Source of the DNA: Lepidodermella squamata
Taxonomy: Eukaryota; Animalia; Gastrotricha
Reading direction: 5' to 3'
NCBI GenBank assembly: GCA_047495785.1
Contig: JBLDXI010000013.1
Location: 1,302,001-1,366,000 of the forward strand
Length of the DNA: 64,000 nucleotides
The notes under the pieces were generated by a model. The model was not told the origin of the DNA. It saw nothing but the letters and a program-made list of their open reading frames with translations, and searched no databases. Position numbers and translations under genes: made by a program. This document shows positions 11,884-22,267 of the stretch, piece by piece. Positions within the stretch are counted from its first letter, which is position 1. Each line of letters starts with the position of its first letter.

Positions 11884-13004
11884 TCACCCCGTAGGTATGA
11901 TTTGATTGATAAGGCTTGGGTCGTAGTGAAGAAGTGCCTTCCAAATTTGCTTCGTAAAATCTTTCGTCTGAAAGTAGCACAATCCATCGATCTTATTGCT
12001 GATACCTGCGTAGTTTGTGAGACCCGTATTTAGCACATTTATGAAATCCATCAATGGCTGAAGCAGAGCCTGCGAATAAATAAATAAAATTACATAAATA
12101 AAATAATTATTGCTGAATTAAATATAAGGTAAACCTGTTGGGAGAAGAAACGAATATCGTTAAGGTCAGGATCCAAGCGACAATTAGAACCGGTTAGGGT
12201 TTCTAGGACTGATAGCCTAACGCAACCTTTGTAGAACATTTTGAATGTGTAACCATTCCCGGACGGTGTCAGTGGATTTGGAAAATTAGGAATACTCGGC
12301 AGGCCTGGAATTGCGGTTGGCAAGCCGGGTATGCTAGGCAAACCTGGTATCAGACTACGCGAGCCGCCGGATAAATTTACGGACGCTATCGGCCTTTGGA
12401 TTCGATAGGTTTGCCGCTTTTTGCGCCCGAAGCCACCGAATCCACCACCGCCTCCTATATTAGGAATATTAGGAATAGTCACGGGAATCGGAACTGGAGT
12501 ACTGAATGGCAAAGTAGGCAAAGTTGCTGGAATTGTAATCGGCAATGTAACAGGCAATGACGATAGTACCGACAATAACGTGGCTGGGTTGTTGATTATG
12601 CCACCAATGGTGTCAGTCAAATTTTGCGTCATATTAATCGCGTTGTTGATGTTATCCAAAATGTCGGTCACTAGGTTCTTAATGACAAAAGTCATGTTCA
12701 AATAAACGCAAGCATTTGATTCGCCATCAAAAGGTTCCCCGCAATTTTCAAACTCGGACTCGGGTATTCCGTCGTTCCATAAAATGCACCGTTCGTCATT
12801 CGAACCAGGTGTTTTGGGTATGGTGAGGCCGAACGGCAGTTGCGTTGAATTCATGAAAAAGCATTTCGCGCATCGCGTTATTCTCGATATATTATTCCTG
12901 ACTTCGGTGACATACGGAAGGCGAGTCTCTGCTGTTTGCCCTGCTACGAAGTCACCTGGAACCAATAAGAGAGATATCAGGACGAGCTTAAATGAAAATA
13001 GCAT
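11884..13004 (-). CDS. Secreted Cys-rich protein, paralog C (2 exons)
   Basis: MLFSFKLVLISLLLVPG signal-like start. Intron 12070-12134. The last exon ALLQPLMDF...DGLCYF...IWKALLHYDP...PTG* aligns with paralog B. Internal FGRKKRQ site. Confidence 0.9.
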
Positions 13005-13737
13005 TTTGCGACTGCATTCACGATTTTGTCAAAGAGATTATTTATATATTGCTCGCCCTCGCTCATTTTCATCTCGTCGTTGTCATAGGGGCTCCTTTCA
13101 ATTCATCGTCAAAGAATGATAGTGCTGCCAGCTTTTTTCACCATTAAAATTGCGTGACATGATAGCGCGTGGTGAATTGGGTAATTTTATGATCGATCTC
13201 GCGCCGGGTCAGGTCATCGTTTAATGAGTCATGGCGCGAATAATTGCAGGTAATAATTGAGGACCCTATTTCCGGCGCTACATCAAAGGCGCCTTGGTGC
13301 GCGCAAAAAGCCGACGAAGCGTGCGCGTAACACTTGCCTAGCAGGTAAATGAGCTAATAATTAACTCGATTGACTGTGACACACACCGACGCGCGACTGG
13401 GTCGCAAGATGGTTATCACACTGTGGCAAGAGGCTTGTTTCCCTGGTATGAGAAATAAGGCGGGAATTTAGAAATAACATTTTTTTATTCACCATCAATT
13501 GAATTCATACACAACCATCGGCGATTTTCATAACGATTTTGATTTATACAATTTTTGATTATAACGGAGTGAACAGAGGATGAATAATCGTCGATTAATA
13601 AGGTAACGATTGAAACAGCAACGCTGAACAAAGCGTGTCGGTAAAAAGCAGTCAGTCGAATCAACAAATCAGAGCACTGAGATTGCACGCGATGATAAAA
13701 GAAGAATGCTATACTTCAAGAGCGTAAAGGCACGCGC

Positions 13738-14755
13738 CTAACGCCAGCTGTTGGCGGGCTTGTCGCGACGGCCACCGACCGCTGGTTTGTTCGAGCCGCC
13801 GTTGTAGCGAGGCGCGCGACTGCTGGTCGACTTGTTGTTCGAGGTAGAGCTGGTTGAGCCCGAAACGACGCCTGATGAACTGCCGGTCGAATTGCCAGCC
13901 CGGCTGGAGAAACAGTAGTTGGCGGTGTGACCCTTGACGCCGCATTTGTGGCAGAATTTCGCAGACAGAACAGGGCACGTAATTTCACCTAGAATAAAGA
14001 AAAATAGACGTTAATTTCTGAAAATTAAATAAAAAATTGTCATCGCACCTTTTTCGTTACGAATGACGTGACTGGTGAACAGAGCAGGAGAACGGCCGGT
14101 GTTGCGGCAGAAAACGCAGACGCGCTGAAGCGGAGGCGGGGCGGACTTGTGGAAACGTTCGCGCCAACGACGCTTGTTTTCGAACAGACGCTCAAGAGCT
14201 AAAGAAAAAGAAAAATTTAAAATCCAAATCACATTTCAATTTTTACATTCGAAAGCACTATGATGAAAAGAAAGACAGATAATAAAGCTTACGAGGACAA
14301 CCAGGGGCTGTTTGGATGTTCCAGGCCCTCCAGTAGCCTTCCTCCTGCTCATCGAAGCAGTCGTCACTAGCAGAAGCGTGCGCGTCGTTCGACTCGGGTA
14401 GAAAAACGTCGTCGTTGTGCTCTTCATCGGACGGAACGAAGCCGCTCGACGGCGTGTCCTGGGCGATTTTGCCGAATGTGACGTGGTGACGATGGTCGCC
14501 GTGCCCGTTGACCATTGACAGCGACGAGAAGCAGCCGAAACGAATCGGTGAAGAGTTGCTCGGAAGGGGCGACGTATCGCCGCAGCTGTCGAAGGCGAAC
14601 GAAAGAGCGCTGTTCATAGCCGATCGACTGCCGTAGCCGTAGTCGTTTGGCGAGCCAGCGACGTTCTTGCTGATTTGAGGCGCCTGCTCGGTAACTTCAG
14701 CCATGCTGTAGAACAGCGGGTTCCACGGGTTCCAGGCAGCGGTCGAAGTAGACAT
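13738..14755 (-). CDS. nanos: Nanos-family RNA-binding zinc-finger protein (3 exons, 287 aa)
   Basis: Exons 14755-14293, 14198-14049 and 13988-13738 give CVFCRNTGRSPALFTSHVIRNEKGEITCPVLSAKFCHKCGVKGHTANYC, the Nanos double-CCHC signature (CVFC-x12-H-x10-CPVL). Confidence 0.9.
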
Positions 14756-14842
14756 GATAATGATAGATCGAGAGAATTAGTTCAAGTCACGAAATTATTG
14801 CGAATTGATGAGCTTTGATACCTGTGACAGGGGCGCTGGTCG

Positions 14843-14904
14843 CTTTTATACTGGCAGGTTGCGCGGTGATTGGCCAGCGAGACGGAGCGCACGTCTCGAC
14901 CAAT
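14843..14904 (-). promoter_or_regulatory. Probable nanos core promoter: TATA box plus two CCAAT boxes
   Basis: TATAAAAG on the minus strand at 14843-14850, about 90 nt upstream of the ATG. CCAAT at 14869-14873 (minus) and 14900-14904 (plus), within a CpG-rich stretch. Confidence 0.6.
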
Positions 14905-17117
14905 CAGCGCGCGCGACGACATTGCGTGCGCGACGGTGACGGCCGCGTCGGTCCATTCCGCCCTCTTGACGTGCGCACGGCGTGTGATCGTCCGCAAATC
15001 GCACAGCGCCGCACCGGCTCTTCAAGCTTCATGAAGGCGGCGAAGACGCCAATTTAGGTACATCTGCCGGGCGCCAGGTGAATCCTTCAGTTTGAGAGGT
15101 AAAATTATACAAGAAACCGCCTTTATCGAGGCAGCAAAGCAGCGGAACCGCCTTGACTGAAAAATGACCACGCGCTCAGCCGAAAAAAGTTATTGTTCAG
15201 CGACATGATATACTGAAATTGAATCGAAAGGAATTGGCCAATATAAGCTTCATCTGAATCGAAAAAAAATAATATAGAGTCTCTGTTCGCTGCATTGCGA
15301 TTAACATCGGATCATGAAGCATTCGGATCTTAAGAATTATCTTCCAATTTTTCCTGGGAAAGCGAACTGAAGTTGAATTTCTCCGACGTAGCTTGCAGTC
15401 TCGGACATTAATTGCATTGTTTCGTTTTTCATCGTTTTCAGAGGGCATTCGGAAATTTTTTTCTGTTCTATTCCGCATGGTTACGTTTTTCCTTTTTTTT
15501 TCGCGAGTTTTAACTTGGCTCTTTCATTTCGTGGTTATCACGTGATGTTTTCGAATAATACCTCAATTTACACAAGGTGGCAAGTAACATTGGCTCCTGA
15601 GATGATAGTCATTTGATTGTGTTTCAATCTGAGGTGTTAAACTGAAATTATAGGTGTTTTGGCTTTTGGTTTCTCTTCTGTTTCTGGTTTCTGGTGACAC
15701 CTCGCAGTTGTAGCCTGGTTGATGCGCGCGCTCATGAGACCATGACGAGCAAGCGCGCACGCTAAGTCAGTGCGACCAGCGAAGACAATAGATGCGCGCG
15801 TATCGATGATACTCCCTGCTGGTGCACCGGCGCGCAGCTACCTGCCGCACCTTGTAAGACGAAGAAAGTAAACTAGGCGGCATAACTTTCTTGCCGAAAA
15901 ATCAGATGCATCGAAATTACGGTGATGGCGAGTTGCGTCTATCAAGGCGGCTTTCGTTTTTAAATGTTTCTTTTTATATACCATCATCTCCGCATCAATG
16001 TAAAAATGTTCGCCCATCAATTGCGGCTAATGAAAGGTAATGTGGCTTTGATGAGCTGACTCTGATCGTAATACAGCAAGCTGGCAGCGAGATGTTACAA
16101 AAATTGTTATTTCATCATTACTGCTGACCGCCGCAATCTGGCCGCTGTTGTGATAACAAAAATTACCGCCTTCGATGGCCATTAGACGCGCGCCGGAGGT
16201 GTTTGGAAAATGTCCATCCATGCCCCACGCGAATCGCAGTAAAAAGTAACCAGCGGCTATCCAGTGGTCGGAATAAAGTAGAAAAATTGTAAACAACGCG
16301 GGCTATAACCGTTACCTGGGCGGCGTATTTTACAATAATGTTGTTATAACAATGATAGTATTTATAAACTCCAGGTTCCACTCAAATGAGAACGGCTGCC
16401 TTTACCATGCTTGAAATACAAAAATAAACTTGATAATTATAGGCTGATCTCTCGGAATAGTATTTATCAGTTGATACAGACGATTTCGATTGAGTACTTA
16501 TACGAAGGAATGATCCTATGTACTGTATTTTCAAATAATTTTTCATCCGTTCGAACACGTTTCTGTTAACTCCCTGGGCGCCAATGAAACTGACCACAGG
16601 CGTGCAAAACGATTTAACGGTAACGAGCACCGTAACATAAAAAAAGCGCTAGAAAAATCACCCGGTTATAGCAGCTTGTAAACTAAAGCTGCTTAAATCG
16701 TTCGAAAACCACGTTCCCAGCTGAAACATCCCCTTATTGTAGGCTTTTTTTCAGTGCAATCTGCAGCATTTTTTATAGGCGCCTATTGCGTGGCGAATTT
16801 CTTCGAAACAGTGCTGGCTCTATGTAACGAATAAATACAGGATAAAATATAGAGAAAAAATGATTTTCCTATTAAAATTTTAGATTATTTTTGCCTATAT
16901 TTTTCTAGTTATTTTTACTATATAGGTCAAAAGTATGATGTATATTGGGACGCAATGTGGCGTACTGATTGTCTAATTGAGCGGCTTTTAGCTGTATTAG
17001 ATACAGCGGGAAACTATGCTTGAAAAAACGTCCGCATTCACGTAAATCTGTCATCAGCTCAGCGTAGTTCAGAATAAACGCCGCCGGGGTCGTTTTTTCC
17101 ACCGTTGTATTATCCGG

Positions 17118-20100
17118 ATGGCCTACCAAAACGATAAAAACAGCCATAACAGTGATGTTCTGGATCGCGTCGATGAAGGTCAAAACGAAGATCAATCGGC
17201 CGATGATGATAATCGTTCAAGAATGTTAGGCAATAAACTTGCCGGGTTACTTCGAGCTCTTGACCCACTGGACCTGGGTCTCATCGTGATCGGATTCGCA
17301 TGTGTTGCGTTCTGTTTCTTCACCCGACTTGTTAACTCTATTCTACCCGAGCGATGGAAATTCGGCCAAGCGGTGAGAGCTGCTCCGACGGCCAGCAAAT
17401 CGAAGCAGCAAGCGATTGTTCATGTGAATTCGCACCCAGTTATTCAAAAGGTGCAAAAAGCAACTCGGACGACAGTAATCGCTCCGCTTCTGACTACAAC
17501 AGGCGCGGACAACGAAGCGCCAACGGCTGGCTCTATTAATTCTTCACCAAATGTGACAATAATTGAACCGGCTTCAGGTAGCTCAAACTCGCACGAACCG
17601 CCCATAATTGCGGCTACGACGATATCTCAAAGCAACGGCCATCCAGCTTTGACTCGGACACCTGGTGAGATGGGGAAAACTTCGAGATCTCCATCGGCAA
17701 CCGAAAGCACGTTAGCAGCTATGCAATTGGGCGCCTTTGATAAGCAAAGCCTCGACTGGCTTAACACATCGCTGATATGGATGCATTTATATGAAATCGG
17801 CATTTTTGCTCCAACAGCCTTGAAGCAATGGTTTGACGCGATGAATGCTGAAGCTGCTAATTTGGCGGCTCAGAATAGGGTAAGCTCTATTTTCGGAAAA
17901 ATTCTGATTTTATATAGCGAATTTTATTGTATAGCATCACGGCTTGGCGATAAAATTCCGCGAACTAAGCAGCTCGCCAACACCACCCGTGATTACTTCG
18001 ATGTTAGCCGAAAGAATGGTGGACGAACAAGACGATCAAATTAAGCGGGTATTATTAACCAAATTTTCATTTTTTTTGCTTAAAATAAAATTCTGCTGAT
18101 ACAGTATCTGACCGTATGTATTGAATGGCGCGACTTTTCATTTCCAACCTTGGTGTGCCGAGATGAAGACTTAGTCTCTGTTCCAATAACCAATGATCCA
18201 GTCGCGAATGCGAGGGAAATGGAGGCGAGGATGTACAACATTACCATGTTCGTTCGGTCGATCAGAGCCAAGGTTCGAATGACCGTTGAGCCGATGTACG
18301 AAACCGGCGAGGTTTACCTAGTGCTTTCTTACGCTGCGCCGCCCGACATGATCTTCGATGTCATACCTACCTCGAACTGTGAATTTCCATATCATATCAA
18401 CTTGATCCATCTATCAGAACTTCTCGACATGTGTGTTCGCTTCACGTCGATTCGGACTTGCGTGAAACAGTCAAATTTTTTCGACCCATCGTCAGGGTTT
18501 TTATCAGCCGGCAATCCGGCACGGTTTTGGGGCGGAGTTGAAACGCCGAGGTCACGAGGCTCGATCAGTGACGAAAGTAGCCATCTAGGAATGACCCCTC
18601 GAACTCCTAAAAAACCGCCACGTCTAGCTAATAAGCAGCAAATGTTGGTGAAAATTATTTCGGCGTCTTTCAACCGCCAACTTCCGTTCGTCCAGCAACA
18701 ACGAAGCCCGTCGCCACTCATGGATCCTTATTGCGTCATCGAGGTGGAACCGCCATTCGAAAAACAGGTCACCAGTATTGTACAAAACACGTCGAGCCCG
18801 TATTGGGATGAACATTTTGTCGTATATATCGAGGAGTCAACAACAACTTTAATTCTAAATGTGGGTTGCTTTTTTGTTTTAAGGCGATTTTTGTAAAAAA
18901 AAATATTCTTTCAGCTGTTCGATAACTTGCGATCGCACGATGATTGTGCGCTCGGCGCTGTTCGAATCGATATCGATCAAATCCGAGGCGACCCGGAATC
19001 TTTTCGCCAACCCATTGTCATGGATGTTTTGGCTACTATCATCGAAACAACTGTTCAGTTGGGACAAGGTTCAGAACCCGAACCCCAAGAAGAGGAGCGA
19101 ACTGTCGTAGTCGGCCACCTGACGCTTTCTGCTGAAATTTTGGCGCCTAATAACGAAATCAGACGTCGAGGGTCATATTTTCGGGAGAGTTTACCGAAAG
19201 AAGAAAACCCACCCCTGCCTTCGTCGATCGTATTCCCGAAGCGGATGTCAATGTCAGCGGCTCTATCGGGGAATGGCGGGGAGTCATCACCGATCGCACT
19301 TACGCCACCTATGAGTTCGTCGAACCTCGGCGTAAATTCTGCGAATAACCTGCTCAGTGTAGGCAACCTAAATTCACCTGGCAATTCGCAGTCACGACTC
19401 TCCGTGAATTCATTCTCACGCGATGATAGTAGTCGACTTGATCTTTCAATGCAGCCAACTATTCCCGAAAACATGACACTTCGTAAGTCGATTTTCGTCG
19501 ATTTTTGATAGAAAAGTTAACTTATTGTTTAATTTAGTCAGCCCACCCGATACTCTTAGTGGTCTTTCAGGCTCTCCAGGCTACGCTGGTTCTACATCAG
19601 GGTCCAGCTCGCGAAATCGAACAATAAAAATAACTGTTCCCAAGTTTTCGACCGTTGTTCATGAATCTAAACAGCTGATGCGAAAACCAACAGTTGAGAA
19701 AATCCGCAAAAATCTTAATACGTTCCATAACTGGACAAAGCACAAGCTCGAAAAAGCTGGGAGCCACGTAAAAATACTTGAATTTCCGATTGACGGCGAT
19801 TTTAATTTTTCGATATTTATTGCAGTTACCAGACTCTTCTCGCTTATCCGCTTCAGTTCAGGAAGCTATTCGAAGCCGCGGAAATTCACCTACCACTATC
19901 ACCCCGCCTGATGAACTCGACGCATCGGCACCTTGCACCCCTCGAAAAGGTAGCTTCGAAATGATAATTTAGGGACAGGCTTAACATATTTTCATTAGAT
20001 GAGAAAACCTTAAAAACTCGTCTGATGGCCACACTGCAAAGGCTCCAACCTCACAGCCGGGCGGTATCCGTCGATCGAGGCAGTGAATTTTTCGCAGCTA

Positions 20101-20924
20101 AGAAAGATTACGGCTCGCCGCAGCCCAAGAGGGTTGGCGCTTCAACTGATCAACTTACAGATAAGCACTCCCGCTCGCCTAAATTTTTCACCCAGCGACT
20201 GTCAAAAACTGCCAAGTCACTTTCGACATCGCTAAAGAAGCTCATTGTCGATATTCAAACGCCGCTGAGCGGGTGTGGGGGTGGGCAATCGAACCGGTCA
20301 CGCATGGCTAAGCACCGGCACCGTGACAGCGGCATGTCGTCATCTTTACGGGAAAATCACGGCTCCGACTCACCCCCAGGTATATCCGACCTTGTCTCGG
20401 GAATTAGCCGAGCTTCTACGCCGTCGCTAGAGCTCGAATTCAGTACCATTAGTGGCGCAGTTGCGCCCGCGGCATCCGGGCGGTACGGTGCCGCTTCAGC
20501 AGTTCCGGACGACTTGGATGATGAATTCTGCGAAACCGCGCCCGACTCGCCTTACTCCGGGCAAGACTACCCAGGCGACAATTTTCGCTCTTCGACCGGA
20601 TTCGGAAAGCGAAAACAAAGCCAAGCCGTGTTAATGGCGGCTAATATGGCTAGCCGGTTCCTTTCCAGCAATGTCCTCTCTAGCAAACATCGCGCGTCTT
20701 TATTGGAAACCCTGTCGCCAATCACGGGTAGGCATCAAAGCCCAAAAGGCAGGCAATCTTCCGCAGGCCAGTCTTTGCCACCCCCAGCGATCCGAAACCG
20801 ACTGGTGGTGCCTGAAATGTCGCCGACCTACTTGCGGAAACCCAAGATGAGCACGTCAAATGTCACATTTTCACCGGCCCCATTTCGGCGAACAAAAGAA
20901 GGCTACGAGCAAACAACGCTTTGA
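17118..20924 (+). CDS. C2CD2/C2CD2L (TMEM24)-like protein: N-terminal TM helix, SMP-like region, C2 domain, long Ser-rich tail; 7 exons
   Basis: TM segment LGLIVIGFACVAFCFF, a DWLN motif typical of the start of SMP domains, and C2 motif DPYCVIEVEPPFEKQVTSIVQNTSSPYWDEHF. Six short GT-AG introns keep the frame. Confidence 0.75.
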
Positions 20925-22267
20925 ATGTTTTCATTATTTTTTTCTGAAGGAATTCCACCCGTGTATAATTATTTGGAGTGTATTTTAGCAACCTCGAATA
21001 AAAAAAGAGCCGTGCAAATTTTTTTGCCTTGAAATCGAGTTATCCGTCAGGTTAATGAGTTTTTGAGAGAATTGGGGGAAAGTGGTCATGTGGCCGCTGC
21101 GTCGTAACTTCGTTATCGAGGCATTAAACTGCTGCTGTTCATCTAGTAGTCGCCTTCTTTTTATATTGCTACTTGTAATATGCGTCGACGCGCAAAAAAA
21201 TTGTGCGCAAAAATTGAACAATTTTGCACTGCTATTGTTGGGCTATATAAATTATGTAATATCCATTTCATAACTCATATAAGCCGTTAATGGGTGATTT
21301 CGCTATCGTTTTATTCAATAAATTTTCCGTCCGCCGGCTCCGATATTTATCGAATGCGCGGCAACAAAGCGGCGTCAAGATGATGCGAATAAGCCACAAC
21401 CTGCACGTAATGATTGTCCTATGCAAAAACTCGACGCTAAATATTAACACTATATCCCGTATGCCTCAAGGGCGAAAAGATGCTCAATTTTTACACCAAG
21501 CCAAACTATTTGTAATATGGTGGACAATCAATGCGGATTTTCAGCGTCCACTTGCTGCCGCCTTCTCCCGCCACAGCCCCATCGAAGTGAAAATCGGCCA
21601 TTTTCATTGTGATATATTGATATTTTATTCTTACGTGGATCAATGGTCGCATTCAATAGCACTTCCTTAAAAATCGGAAATTCATCATCAAAACACAGCC
21701 ATATCATTGCAGCTTTCATATACATATAACTTACTATCCCGGTTACTTATAGGGAAGTTTGGCAAGATCAGTGGAGCATGCCCACACGATAACTTCATCG
21801 TTGGCACGTCGGTTTTGTACGCGTGAAAATCATTGATGCCTGGGCAGTAGTGCACTGCTCCATTATAATTTCTATACCTCTCTTATAGCTCTTCAATCAA
21901 AGCTCCTCTGACTCTTGTTTATAGTCGAAACGATAGCTTTTAGCCTTGAAGATCGTTTCTTTAATCTCTGTTTTCAAAATATCTTACCTGCTGAGGCAAA
22001 TTAGGATAGGGAAAGGCGTTATATTGACTGTGTTTATTCCGCTTTTTTAATTTTTTTTGTATTCTTTGTCATAAGCTAGGTTGCAAATTCAACAGCAAAT
22101 TAGTTTTTTAATTATGAGCTAGTTTTTATAGAAGTTGCTGTATAATTAGCGCAAATTTGCGTTGTTAATATCAAAAGTGAGATAAAACGTAAACCTTCAT
22201 CTAATTTCGCCATCGGCAACCAAAACAGAGACTATAGCAAGGTGGCTGAGAGCAGCAACACCAAAAG

